A DNA stretch of 46,687 bases, from positions 1 through 46,687 of the forward strand of contig CAWFGE010000003.1 of NCBI GenBank assembly GCA_963815195.1. The letters run 5' to 3'. Position 1 is the stretch's first letter. Each line of letters starts with the position of its first letter. Shown here one piece after another: positions 9,290-19,472 of the stretch. The notes beneath the pieces were generated by a model that worked only from the letters and a program-made list of their open reading frames with translations, did no database searches and was not told the DNA's origin. The position numbers and the translations under genes were made by a program. This DNA comes from an uncultured Planctomycetaceae bacterium (GTDB taxonomy: Bacteria > Planctomycetota > Planctomycetia > Planctomycetales > Planctomycetaceae).

Positions 9290-11649
9290 GATGCTCCTTC
9301 CCCCCGCGATCCGTCCCAATCGTATTCGACGGACCCGGCGGGCGCGATCGGATAACCCGCGGCCCGCGCGCTGAAGTCAAATTTGTCTTGGTACAACATG
9401 GGGATTGTCAACGGGATCACATCGTTCTTGTTGTAGTTTCCATTCGGAAGCCGCTTGAGCAATTTGAGGTCTTCCTGGCGGACCAGAGTGATGCTATTGT
9501 CGCCCTCGCGGAGAGGCATCGGCTCGCTTTGCCATCCGCCGTCCAACCACGCGGAGTATTGCGGCAATTCTTCGTTACCTTGCAGTTGGTTGATATAAGT
9601 ATTGAGCGTCGCCTGACTGCAGGGTTTCCCTGCGAGTTCTTCGACCATTCGCTCCGCCGCCAACATGTAGGCGGGATCATCGTGTTCGTGGTACGGCCGA
9701 CCGGAAAACGAGTAACAGAACGCCGGGCAAGGATTGTTCGTTTTTGCGTAACGGTTTAATCGTCCCAGCCGCTGAACGAGTGAAGGCAAGGGACACATCG
9801 CCGAGACTAACAAATCCGCACTGATGTCAAGAGACATTTCGCAGACTTGAGTCGTTATAGCAATTGCCGGGCCGTGATGCTGTCGGACGGATTTCGCATC
9901 GTCGGCATACCGAAACTCCTCAATCAACGCACCCTGCAAGCTGACACGATCACCATAGCGGTAGCGACTGTGATAGAGCAAGACTTCGGCAAACGGAAAA
10001 CGCTGTTTGGCTTCCTTGTAGGCAGCCATTGCATGGCCTACGGTGTTGCAGACCCAAAGAACCTTGTTGCCGTTTTGCTGATCGTTCGCGTGAAGAAGGG
10101 ACTCAACTTCCTTCCAACATCCATCTTCGTTTGCCTTGTGAAGCCGGTATCGCTGGACGGCTTCCATTTTCTCATCACCGGGAATCGGCTTGTCGTTCGC
10201 CCGGTCGCCAGCGACCCGCTTCAACTCGGCAAGTCGTTCCGGGGGAATCGAGGCGCTCATGATGAGGACCGGGATTCCGGGGAACGTGTCAAGAAATCGG
10301 AGCAACGCCGCGAACAATCGGCGGTCGTAGCTATGAACCTCATCGAAGACGAACGCTCCACGGATGATGGCGGGAAATGAAAACACGGGCCGGCGTTGGT
10401 TTTGAATAAGTCCCAAAACCGTATCGACGGTGCAGGCAATCACTTGTTGCCCCCAAGCGTTGAGCGAGTCCAATCTCTGTGCGCGCTCGACGGGAGGAAT
10501 GTCCGTCGATTCCCACATCATTTGCAAATCAACACCGGCCCGTCCGTGGATTAACTCCCGCTCAAGATTCGTCTGAGCGAACAAGTAGTCCTGAAATCCT
10601 GCCGAAGCTGTGCCAGTCGTGGGATACGTAAAGAACAGCTTACGCCCGACGGCATGTTTTTTCGCCCACATGTAGGCGGCTGTTGTCTTGCCGTTTCCGC
10701 ATCCCGCACTGACGATCGTTACCAGCTTCTCCGAATCGGCGACATTTTGTTGAAACTTGTGGGGCAATCGCCCCTTCAGATTGTCATCAATGACTTTTTG
10801 CAAATCAGGCAGCGTCAACTTTTGCGAGAGGGCTGAGGCAATCCACTTTTCCGGGGTCAAATCGACCTCGGCCGAACCGGGTAGTGCTGAGCCAGCAATA
10901 TCGGAAGCGACGAGCAGGATCTTGAGCAATGCCAAATCCAGCAAATTAGAGCGACCATCCGCGTTGCGCTTCCATTTCTTCCATTCCCGGTCCGACTCCC
11001 GTAACAGTCGCATCACTGACCGTTCCAAGCCATCGGGCGAATCATCGAGCGGATCGAGTGGAGGTGAGTCGTGCACGTCCCTCGGCACGGGTTCCATGTC
11101 GATATTCACCGAGTGCGCAATGCCATAGACTTCATCAAGTACGTTCTGGACTTGCGAGTGGCCAAGGTACAAGGTGACCGACTTGGGAACGTTGCGCACT
11201 CGAAACAAGGGATCCGTCGCCTCAAACTCGCGCTTCAGACGGAGTTGAAAATGATGGCCGCCGATGGCCCAAATCAAACTCCAAAACTGCCGGTCGTTGA
11301 AGGCCGATTTCAACCAGGCTGAAATGGATTCGTGCTGAGATAGCACGATGGCAGCCAGGATTTCATGGCGCACAGGCTGGGTTTTATAGTCCGACGACGA
11401 TCTCAAAATGTCCTGGAATGAACTATTGGCTTTCAGCACATCATGTAATACAGCGGCAGCGAAGAGCAGAGGCTGAAGACGCTTTCTCAGCGTTGCCCGA
11501 TCCGCTGCGACGGCGTCTGCGAGCGGGCCTTCAAGTTGACTCCAAATGGCTTGCGCCGACGTGAGAACATCGCGGCAATGTTCAGCCACGGACGGCGGGG
11601 TGCCGCCGAAGAGTCCGCGGCTTTTTGCAAAAACCTTCACCTCAATCAT
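9274..11649 (-). CDS. cas3: Cas3 HD nuclease-helicase
   Basis: AEHCRDV, LHDVLKA, GGHH HD motifs; AGCGNGKT Walker A, FDEVH, MSAS, TTQVCEMSLDIS, QRLGRLNR; frame intact. Confidence 0.96.
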   Translation of the reverse strand: MIEVKVFAKSRGLFGGTPPSVAEHCRDVLTSAQAIWSQLEGPLADAVAADRATLRKRLQPLLFAAAVLHDVLKANSSFQDILRSSSDYKTQPVRHEILAAIVLSQHESISAWLKSAFNDRQFWSLIWAIGGHHFQLRLKREFEATDPLFRVRNVPKSVTLYLGHSQVQNVLDEVYGIAHSVNIDMEPVPRDVHDSPPLDPLDDSPDGLERSVMRLLRESDREWKKWKRNADGRSNLLDLALLKILLVASDIAGSALPGSAEVDLTPEKWIASALSQKLTLPDLQKVIDDNLKGRLPHKFQQNVADSEKLVTIVSAGCGNGKTTAAYMWAKKHAVGRKLFFTYPTTGTASAGFQDYLFAQTNLERELIHGRAGVDLQMMWESTDIPPVERAQRLDSLNAWGQQVIACTVDTVLGLIQNQRRPVFSFPAIIRGAFVFDEVHSYDRRLFAALLRFLDTFPGIPVLIMSASIPPERLAELKRVAGDRANDKPIPGDEKMEAVQRYRLHKANEDGCWKEVESLLHANDQQNGNKVLWVCNTVGHAMAAYKEAKQRFPFAEVLLYHSRYRYGDRVSLQGALIEEFRYADDAKSVRQHHGPAIAITTQVCEMSLDISADLLVSAMCPLPSLVQRLGRLNRYAKTNNPCPAFCYSFSGRPYHEHDDPAYMLAAERMVEELAGKPCSQATLNTYINQLQGNEELPQYSAWLDGGWQSEPMPLREGDNSITLVRQEDLKLLKRLPNGNYNKNDVIPLTIPMLYQDKFDFSARAAGYPIAPAGSVEYDWDGSRGEGASWPRK

Positions 11650-12305
11650 GACAATTCCTCTGTTGTTTTTTCAAACGGCACAAATACGCCGCAGCCCATG
11701 TGTCTTCGGCCGCCTAATCCTTGTTCCTGCAGGGTCAGTGACTCCTCCGCGGTGAGGGCTTCGATGATGACCTCGTAGCCCACTATGCTCGCGCCTTTGA
11801 TGCCGATGGCCCGGCGTTGGGGTTCGCCCTGTTTGGGGCCGGTGGGAATCGGCGGGATGCCGAGTATGGCTTCCTCCGAAGTCCCCATCTCGCCAAGTTG
11901 TTTGCGGGCCGCGGCCAGGAAAATCTCGGGCGTCAGTTCCTCGGCCTTGGTGTCCTTGACCTTGATGCAGACGAACCGGCTGCGCAGCGCCGTCGCGGGC
12001 GTGAGGGCAAAAACCTGAGGCACGCCCACGCGAAGGCTGGTCTCCCCCACATGCAGCGACTGGCCCGCGAGCGGCAAGAGTTCCGCGATCCGATCGGCCG
12101 GCGTGCGGAGCGTCAGTCTGGACCAGGGCGTGAGCACCATTTCCTCGTCGCCGACTTTGCGGCCGCGAATCGGATGAATCGCAAACCCGTTCTCCTGATG
12201 CACAACGGGCAACACCCGCGAAACCGCCCCGAACAAGGCATACCCGTGGTCGGAGGCGATCGGTTTTTGTGCCGTCACCGCGAAAGCTAAATCGACATGG
12301 GACAT
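11646..12305 (-). CDS. cas6: Cas6 (Cmx6 type) crRNA endoribonuclease
   Basis: VDLAFAV..IASDHGYALFGAVSR and C-terminal LQEQGLGGRRHMGCGVFVP G-rich loop. Confidence 0.95.
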   Translation of the reverse strand: MSHVDLAFAVTAQKPIASDHGYALFGAVSRVLPVVHQENGFAIHPIRGRKVGDEEMVLTPWSRLTLRTPADRIAELLPLAGQSLHVGETSLRVGVPQVFALTPATALRSRFVCIKVKDTKAEELTPEIFLAAARKQLGEMGTSEEAILGIPPIPTGPKQGEPQRRAIGIKGASIVGYEVIIEALTAEESLTLQEQGLGGRRHMGCGVFVPFEKTTEELS

Positions 12306-12377
12306 TTGGGGAACCTCACATTTGTCTTGAACTTGCATCGGCAGGCACCAAACGGCGCTTGGTACGACTTTTTGACC

Positions 12378-13379
12378 TCACACATCCGCCTCCATTTTTT
12401 CATAGGCTTCAAGAGTTGCCAGACACTCGTCTCGGATTTCCGTCCGCAGGTCTTCCGGTTCCAACACCACCGCGTGCTTGCCGAAGGACTGGATGAAGGA
12501 TTTAAGCTCCACAAAGCTGGCGACTTCGACCTCGAATAGGATTGAGCCGTCTTTCTGCGGTGTGAGCTTTTGGCTGGGATGCCATTCGTATTCCCGAAGG
12601 AAACGGGCGACGGGGCGGCCGAAGCGGACGACCGCCTTCTGCTTGCGTCCGCCGTCCAGGTAAACGCCGAAAGCGTCGGCAAAGTACGCGTCCAGTTCGA
12701 AATGCTTCGGCTCGTTGAAGGGCGGGCCGGAGTTGTCGACCTCGCTGATGCGGTTGATTTTGTAGTGGCGGATTTCACGGTTGTCCGAGGAGAAGGCGAC
12801 CAGGTACAGCGCCTGCTTGTGGTACGCGATGCCGTATGGATGCACTTCATGCTCGACGGGCTCCGTGGCCCGCAGGGATTGGTAGAGAATGATGGTGATC
12901 TTGCGGTCTTCGATGGAAACCATCAGGTCGTCAATGATCTGGGCGTGTTCCGCGTAATCGGAATGGCCGAATCGTGAGCGGTACATAATGCGAGCCAGTT
13001 TCTCCAAATATTCAAGCGCCAGGTCCCCGAATGAAGCGCGGATTTTTTCAAATGCCGATTGCGAGCCCTGCCAGAACACCGTGCCCGCCAGTGGCCCGAG
13101 GAATTCGCGACCCAGATAAAGGGCCGCCGCTTCTTCAAGCGTAAAATGTCTCGTGGGGATGGAGGTCGCGTCATCGACCCGCCAGCGCTGGCGAAGATGA
13201 GCTTCTTGTTCTGGTTCGGCCAGGAAGCCAACCAACCGCAATTGATCCAAGTCCCGGCGGATTGTTTTCAGAGATACGCCGAACGCCTCCGCAAGTTCGG
13301 TAACTGTGGCCCCGTTTCTCCGCGAGGCCAGCGAGTTCAACAAGCGCCATTGCCGGGTGATTTGTTTCGTGTCCGCCAT
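12378..13379 (-). CDS. HTH-WYL-WCX transcriptional regulator
   Basis: N-terminal wHTH (TVTELAEAFGVSLKTIRRDLDQL), VHPYGIAYHKQALYLVAF..IRHYKINRI WYL core, WHPSQ...VLEPEDLR WCX tail. Confidence 0.92.
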   Translation of the reverse strand: MADTKQITRQWRLLNSLASRRNGATVTELAEAFGVSLKTIRRDLDQLRLVGFLAEPEQEAHLRQRWRVDDATSIPTRHFTLEEAAALYLGREFLGPLAGTVFWQGSQSAFEKIRASFGDLALEYLEKLARIMYRSRFGHSDYAEHAQIIDDLMVSIEDRKITIILYQSLRATEPVEHEVHPYGIAYHKQALYLVAFSSDNREIRHYKINRISEVDNSGPPFNEPKHFELDAYFADAFGVYLDGGRKQKAVVRFGRPVARFLREYEWHPSQKLTPQKDGSILFEVEVASFVELKSFIQSFGKHAVVLEPEDLRTEIRDECLATLEAYEKMEADV

Positions 13380-13491
13380 CGCTCCCCCCGTCGTTGTGTT
13401 CTGTTGTTCTGTTTGACGGAGGCCATATTAGCAAATTTCCTGAGCGATTCACGTCCAACGAAACATTTGCCCAGACCTTTCCGGTGCTTTT

Positions 13492-14322
13492 TTAAGCAGG
13501 AGTTGCATCGCAAGATGGGGCAACTTGGATTACCCGCCCCATCGCCAACTCCCCCGCCATCTCTTTCCGCCGCGCCTGATCCGGCATTTCCCCTCGAACA
13601 ATCGAAGGATGTTCGTCAAAAGTCCGCCCATTGAGTTCCCGTCCTGCAAGTTTCTTCCGAACCCCGCCCCACTGCTTGAAGAAGAACGGAAGATTCGCCG
13701 ATTCACATTTCCGCTGAATGTTCTCGACCCATTCGGCTTCCATGGGGCGGGCACCGGCGCAGCTTTCGCCCCCGACAATTACCCAATCGATTCCCGACAA
13801 ATCGATTTCGCCCAAGTCCTCCAGCAGCGGTTCCACCGACAAGAAGGCCATCTTGGGATTGGCCTCGCGCAAATGATCGATCCGCGGCAGGCCATGCTTT
13901 CGGTTCTCGACACTCACGCCCCACCAGATGTGTTCCAATTCGGCGGCGAAGGCCAGCTGCGTCTGGAGCATATCCCGCAGGCGTTCGGATCGTTTCGTCA
14001 AGACCTGGTACGTGTGCCAGTTCGCCTTGGCCATGACTTCGGCGACCAGCACGATGTATTCGTCCGGAACGTCGCGGTGGAAGAGGTCGCTCATCGAGTT
14101 GACGAATACCATCTGCGGTTTGGACCAAAGGAACGGCTCGGTCAATTTTTCCGGGACCAGACGCAGATCGAAGCCTTGTTCGTAGGGGTGCCCCGGCACG
14201 CCGCGAAAACGTTCGGCGAACGTTTCAGCGTAGCAGTGGGCACAGCCGGGACTGATCTTCGTGCAGCCTCGGACCGGGTTCCATGTCGTGTCGGTCCATT
14301 CGATCTTCGTGTTTGTGCTCAA
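13492..14322 (-). CDS. DUF5131 / phage Gp37Gp68-family protein (three-Cys, radical-SAM-like)
   Basis: TKIEWTDTTWNPVRGCTKISPGCAHCYAE, FVNSMSDLFH, LTKR, SVEPLL, DWVIVGGES, PFFFKQWGG. Confidence 0.92.
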   Translation of the reverse strand: MSTNTKIEWTDTTWNPVRGCTKISPGCAHCYAETFAERFRGVPGHPYEQGFDLRLVPEKLTEPFLWSKPQMVFVNSMSDLFHRDVPDEYIVLVAEVMAKANWHTYQVLTKRSERLRDMLQTQLAFAAELEHIWWGVSVENRKHGLPRIDHLREANPKMAFLSVEPLLEDLGEIDLSGIDWVIVGGESCAGARPMEAEWVENIQRKCESANLPFFFKQWGGVRKKLAGRELNGRTFDEHPSIVRGEMPDQARRKEMAGELAMGRVIQVAPSCDATPA

Positions 14323-14443
14323 CGGTGATCTCCTGGGATCTACAGGCGCTTCGCAAAATGCGAAAAGCGGGGGAGCAATTTGAAACCGCGATCTGGTAAA
14401 CTCAGCTAACGGTGTTTTTAGCTCAGGCTTCGGAGGCTAGGCA

Positions 14444-14737
14444 ATGTCGGAACCACTTCTCAAAATCCGCATTAATCACGCGGTTGCCTGCGGGGATCCT
14501 CCCATCATCACCACGGACGATCCCAGCGTTTACGTTGGCTATTTTCAGAACGTATTCGGCGAACAATGGATTTTCACCTACGATTACCGTACCGAGAACG
14601 CGGAATTGCGGGGTGGTGATATTGGTTGGAACGAGGCTCGCGAAGTGATAGAAGGAGTCGCCCCATCGCTGGTTTTGAATCGGGATGAACAGGACTGGCT
14701 CAAAGCATGCTGGCGTTCCGCGAGCGGCAACGGTTGA
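14444..14737 (+). CDS. Hypothetical protein (97 aa)
   Basis: Clean ORF with GGAGG RBS and protein-like composition (YVGYFQNVFGEQWIFTYD). Confidence 0.7.
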   Translation: MSEPLLKIRINHAVACGDPPIITTDDPSVYVGYFQNVFGEQWIFTYDYRTENAELRGGDIGWNEAREVIEGVAPSLVLNRDEQDWLKACWRSASGNG

Positions 14738-14855
14738 TGCAAATCGGCCTCATTTCGTTTCCAGGGGAAATCAGTTCAGAAACTGTCAATTGACAAATTC
14801 AGAAAAGTCGACTTTCTGCTGCGGCAAATATTGGATTTAGAGTGAGGACAAGGAA

Positions 14856-16040
14856 ATGCGAAACGATGGATATCTCTTCAGCTCCATCAGCCTCGATGAC
14901 GAATGGGTTCGTCGCCGTGAGGCGATGGAAGCGAAATGCGCTGAAGTCCCCGCAGAGCAGATCCTTTGCGGCGATTTAGAGGCTCTCAGCGACGAATGTG
15001 CTGCCGCATACATTTTTGACCCACCGGAGATTTTGAAGGATCAGCTTTACAGCGACGAACCGGTCATCAGTCCCAACGGCGAGGCAAGAGTCTCTCTTTT
15101 CATTCCCTGTAGCGGCGACACGAACCTACTTCGCGTTTACCACCGGACGCGGCCGATACCCATGACTCGGCCGAGATATACGGTTTCCCTCTCAACGGGC
15201 CTGATCACACTGAATATTGTAGTTCGACAGCATGAACTCATCGAAGAGACGGCGAAAATCCGGAATGAAATCTTCACGCATGCTGACAAATATCTTCCCA
15301 ATATCCAGAATATGATGTTGGTTCACTACAACCCAAGGTTTCGACAGTTCGCGATGAGCGCCGTCCGCAACCGGAAAAAGGATCTCGAAGAAAAGCAGAA
15401 GGTGAAAACAGGCTTCAGTGCACTCGGTTTTCCGATTAGAAAGAGGACCGACGAACCGGCTCAGGTCTTCGTGCCTGTCGAGCGGAAGTTCCTCGCCCTT
15501 CCGGAATCGAAGAGGGGGGAGGAAAACAAATACCTGGAGAAGAAAGCGTACGACGACATCCTAGCGACAATTACAGCGATGGGGCATGGGATTGAACGGT
15601 CGCCGGATACGTTCAAAGATATGGAGGAAGAAGACATCAGGATGATCCTTCTGATTGGTCTGAATGCGATCTACGAGGGCAAGGCAACGGGAGAAACCTT
15701 CAACGGGCACGGAAAGACGGACATCCTCATCAGAGTCGGAGACAAGAATATCTTCATTGCGGAATGCCTAGTATGGAGGGGCGAGGTGTATTTCAAATCC
15801 AAGATCGAACCGCAGCTATTCAACTACTCGATGTGGAGAGATACGAAAACAGCGTTGATCGTCTTCAACAGGAATAAGAATTTCTCGGCCGTGGTCGCAC
15901 AAATGCGGGAAATTCTCCTCAAACATCCTCAGTGCATTCAGGAAGTGGAACGAATCGGGACGACAACAAAGTACCTCTTCCGGCGGCATGATGACCCGGC
16001 TCAGCAGTTTCACCTCACTGCCCTCGCCTTCGACGTGTGA
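14856..16040 (+). CDS. Hypothetical protein with C-terminal PD-(D/E)XK-like nuclease domain
   Basis: 394-aa ORF with RBS; EEDIR...GETFNGHGKTDILIR..NIFIAECLVW resembles a restriction-endonuclease-fold core. Confidence 0.7.
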   Translation: MRNDGYLFSSISLDDEWVRRREAMEAKCAEVPAEQILCGDLEALSDECAAAYIFDPPEILKDQLYSDEPVISPNGEARVSLFIPCSGDTNLLRVYHRTRPIPMTRPRYTVSLSTGLITLNIVVRQHELIEETAKIRNEIFTHADKYLPNIQNMMLVHYNPRFRQFAMSAVRNRKKDLEEKQKVKTGFSALGFPIRKRTDEPAQVFVPVERKFLALPESKRGEENKYLEKKAYDDILATITAMGHGIERSPDTFKDMEEEDIRMILLIGLNAIYEGKATGETFNGHGKTDILIRVGDKNIFIAECLVWRGEVYFKSKIEPQLFNYSMWRDTKTALIVFNRNKNFSAVVAQMREILLKHPQCIQEVERIGTTTKYLFRRHDDPAQQFHLTALAFDV

Positions 16041-16067
16041 TTGCGAATACTTCCAATTACCGGAGAA

Positions 16068-16485
16068 TCATACAAATTCCGTTTTCAAACGCTCCTCCAA
16101 ATGGTGCCACATTCGTCTCTGCTTCTTCCAATCCGCCACGGCCACGATCGGCCGCAGATCCCGCTCGGTGATTGGATCCTTCCCCCGTTCCACCGGCTCC
16201 AAAAACAGGATCGCCTCCTGGATGTCTGGGGCTAGATTGAGGAGATTTCCAATTTGGGACATCCTGGCCCGTGAAACGTGCCCAAGAACGCGCCAGTTCC
16301 GCGTAGTCGGCGACGACGCCGTCGCAGACGAGGCCTTCGAACCTTATGGCCAAGGCCATAAGCTTCGCCACACGCGGCACACGGTGGCCCACGTCGCGTT
16401 GGGGTTCGGGCTCCCGCAGGTGCTTGCGGCCGCGCTGGCTGCGCTCGACCTGAAATGCCTTCGTGAAAGAGAGTATCGCTTTCAT
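16068..16485 (-). pseudogene. Recombinase-associated hypothetical protein of planctomycete integrative elements (frameshifted)
   Basis: RVPRVAKLMALAIRFE..GVVADYAELAR and MSQI.NLLNLAPDIQEAILFL..ITERDLRPI..DWKKQRRMW in two frames; family recognised from memory. Confidence 0.65.
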
Positions 16486-16576
16486 GCCGCGTCCTCCTCG
16501 GCCAGCGCGTTACAGTTCGGGTGTTGGTGGGGGCAGACACCGCTTTGATTCGCGAGAAACGAAAGGCCGTGCCAAG

Positions 16577-17549
16577 ATGAAAAGATGGAAATTCGGGATC
16601 GGGCTGCTATTGATCCTTGGCTGCATCGAGATCGAGCCCCCTGGGCCGGACGCCAAGCAGGAAACCGTCGATCTGCCCGCCACCGCCGGAGTTCCCGAAA
16701 AGCCGTCCGCATCGGCCGACCAAACGCCAAGGGTCAGTTGGACACCATACAACAAGGGCATCAAACACGGCGATTTCCTGGTGTCATTGACCAGGGTGAC
16801 GGTCGGTAAGACTGAGCTGAAGAATATTCTTCAAGATGCGGCGATCTCGCAAGACGATCAGCTTCAAATCGGCTTGGAGATTCGAAACCTCAGCAAAACG
16901 AGGAAGATCAACTACCGCGGCTGGGGTTCGGAATGGTCCGACTTCTCGATCAGCGAAAGAGCCTCCCTCGAGGATGAGCACGGCAACGTCTATCGGACGA
17001 TTTATTTCTCCACCGCGAAACCCGTGGGTCAGGTCCATCATGAGTCGCTGTATCCGGGGGCGAGCTTGGGCGATGTCGTCATTTTCGAAGAGCCAATTCC
17101 CGCTGCGAAGGAGACTCCGGTTGACACTTCCGGCCGTTGCTTTTGGAGGAACGGGCTCGCTCCGCTTTTCGATTCCCACTTCGGCAATTGGCTGGGATCG
17201 CAATGCCCAGGCGAGCCGCGAGCCGATGCCGGTTGCAGAACTGAAGCCCGAGCCGATGCCGGTTGCCCAACCGAAGCCCGGGCCGGTTGTGAAGCCGAAG
17301 CCCGAGCCAATGCCAGTTGCAAAGCCGAAGCCCGAACCAATGCCGGTTGCAAAAGCGAAGCCCGAGCCGGCAGCCGAGGATCCTGCGGAATTGGAAATGA
17401 AAGCCTCCGGACGTTTGCGATTGGCTGACAAATTTGCCGATCGAGGCAAGGTCAATGAGGCGAAGCGCTGGTACAAGGGAATCATTGAAGATTACCCCGG
17501 CACGGAAGCGGCCAAGGCCGCGAAAAAAAAACTGATGGAATTGGATTAG
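16577..17549 (+). CDS. Putative lipoprotein with Pro-rich linker and C-terminal TPR-like helix pair (one frameshift near 17115)
   Basis: MKRWKFGIGLLLILGC lipobox; PKPEPMPVA repeats; AKRWYKGIIEDYPGTEAA. Confidence 0.7.
17220..17370 (+). repeat. About five imperfect 24-30-bp coding tandem repeats
   Basis: Units like GAGCCGATGCCGGTTGC...GAAGCCC encoding EPMPVAxxKP. Confidence 0.8.
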
Positions 17550-17817
17550 CGGGGCTTTCATTCGTGGGCGGGGCGAGGTTCGGCATTGATGTCGGCTATG
17601 GTGCCTAACCTTTCGCCGTGGATATAAAGGCTCGCCCGCCGGGAGGTAGGGCGGCAGAATCGTTCTCCAAAACCGCGAGCATCGATGCCCCGCGGCCGGA
17701 TGGGCCACTGGAATTCTCGATTTCTTCGTCGCAGCGGTCGAGTCGCTCGTCAACCAGGACGGACCGGGAGAGTGACGACAAACCGGCGAACTGAATCCGG
17801 CCGCTGCTCAGATCGTT

Positions 17818-18159
17818 TCACCGAATCCCCGCGGCTTCGAGGGCATGTTTGATTCCGCCAAAATAGCGAAAGCAGGCGCAGTAGAGAGCATGGTCATCAC
17901 CTGAAATGCCTATCATCGGCAATCCGCGGCGTTCGCGCTCCCAAAGGGCTTCGATGACTTTCTCCGGATCCCATTGGCGACGGGCCAATTTCTCCAGCAA
18001 CTCGATCCCCGCGTATTGCAAAGCCGTCTCCCAGGTCCCAAAGTGCTCGCAAGCCAATTCGAGCAATTCGGGATCCTCCTCGGAAACGGCTTCTTCCGAA
18101 AGGTTTAATTCTCGTTGTTCCCGGCCGACGAGCCGGCGAATCACATCTTCACGCGACAT
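17818..18159 (-). CDS. Homing-endonuclease-associated-repeat-like protein
   Basis: Two repeats of L...A..HFG(T/S)W..AL..AG. Confidence 0.65.
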   Translation of the reverse strand: MSREDVIRRLVGREQRELNLSEEAVSEEDPELLELACEHFGTWETALQYAGIELLEKLARRQWDPEKVIEALWERERRGLPMIGISGDDHALYCACFRYFGGIKHALEAAGIR

Positions 18160-19050
18160 GGCATGATTCCTGTTCCCAGGCAGGCCCGATCGAAGTTTTG
18201 GCCCCGCCCGTGGAGAGCGAGTCGACGGCATCCGACACGAATCCACTGGCATTGAGGGCTTTTTGCCAGTTCCCAAAGTGGTATCGGGCCGCACTGGCGA
18301 GAGAATGCTCCACATCACAGGGACGTTGGATTGGCTGTCCCGCGACATGTCGATTTTGAATCTCCAGGATAATTGACGACTTGGACCACTTCCGAACCCC
18401 ATAAGACTCAAGACCCGCGGCCTCAAGAGTCTTCGTCAACCCACCCCAATATCTCCGCATGGCTCCCAACAGGGGTATGGGAAGTTGATCTCGATCGCCC
18501 CCCGTTTGACGATACCAGGCTCGTGTTTCCGAGAGGACGCGTTCTTTCGACCACACCTGGCGAGGCGTGTGTTTCAAACCCACGCTGGCCAGTGCCGCGG
18601 ACCAACTTCCAAAATAGCGGACGGCCGCCTCGTAAAAGTTGGGAGTGGGGGTCTTTTCTCCCACAGTTCGCGTATGTCGCAACAATTCGAGAGCCGCCAC
18701 AACACGCTCGCGCGTCCAGGTTTGGCGGATCGAGGCCGGAATCCCAGCGGCTCGGAGGGCTTTCCGCCAGCCTCCAAACAGTCGCTGGCCGGCATGGTAG
18801 AGGCGATAATCCGTCTTCCAGACCTCATGCAACGGCTGCCCGAGTTGCTGCCGTTTTCGGATCGCGGCCAGGACGGCGGATTTTATCCAAGGCTTTTTCG
18901 GGTTTTCCAACCCTGCGGCGCAAAGCGCCTGAGGCCAACTGTCGAAGTGACGACAGGCGGCCGCATAAAGCAGTCGGTCGTTCTTCGTGATGCCTTCAAG
19001 CGAATTCTGCTGGGCGTGCCTCCGCAGTTCGTTCACAATCCGCTCCGGCG
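18149..19050 (-). pseudogene. Multi-repeat homing-endonuclease-associated-repeat-like protein, 5' end missing
   Basis: About five W(T/S)..R(V/I)...LY.AA.RYFG.W..AL.AAG repeats; no clear start codon or RBS; abuts the recombinase fragment. Confidence 0.6.
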
Positions 19051-19450
19051 TCCTCGGGGGGATTCGGCCGCGTCGGCGTCTTCAGCTTCTGGGTAGTGCG
19101 GTTATAGATCAGCGTGCCCGCGTAGCGTTCGTTTCGCAGCCGGTTGACCACCAAACCGCCCGTCCACAGCCGGCCTCCCGGCGAGGGGATGCCGTCCGCG
19201 TTCAGTTTCTCTGCGATGCGGTGTTCCGAATGTCGCTCTTCCACGAACTCATGAAAAATGCGGCGAATCACGACCACTTCTTCGTCCGGGCCTGCGGTGA
19301 GCGTGACCCGCTGGTTTTGGATGCCTTTCCGCTGGCCCGGTTCGAGGATATGCAAGGGTTCACGGGATTCATCCAACAGGAGTCGGCTTAAGGCATAGGG
19401 CGGATTGCCGCCCGGCCAATAGCCTTGCTCGACTCGCGCGGTGTGCTGTC
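19051..19450 (-). pseudogene. Internal fragment of a large serine recombinase (recombinase domain only)
   Basis: EQGYWPGGNPPYALSRLLLD...IRRIF..IAEKLNADGIPSP..W...LRNERYAGTLIYNR; no catalytic N-terminal domain; starts just after the DUF2294 stop. Confidence 0.75.
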
Positions 19451-19472
19451 GAGGGTTGTTTTCGAAGAGGGA

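Noticed and set aside
13380..13491. creTA-like or mini-array RNA upstream of the cas operon
   Set aside because: No recognisable pair of degenerate repeats.
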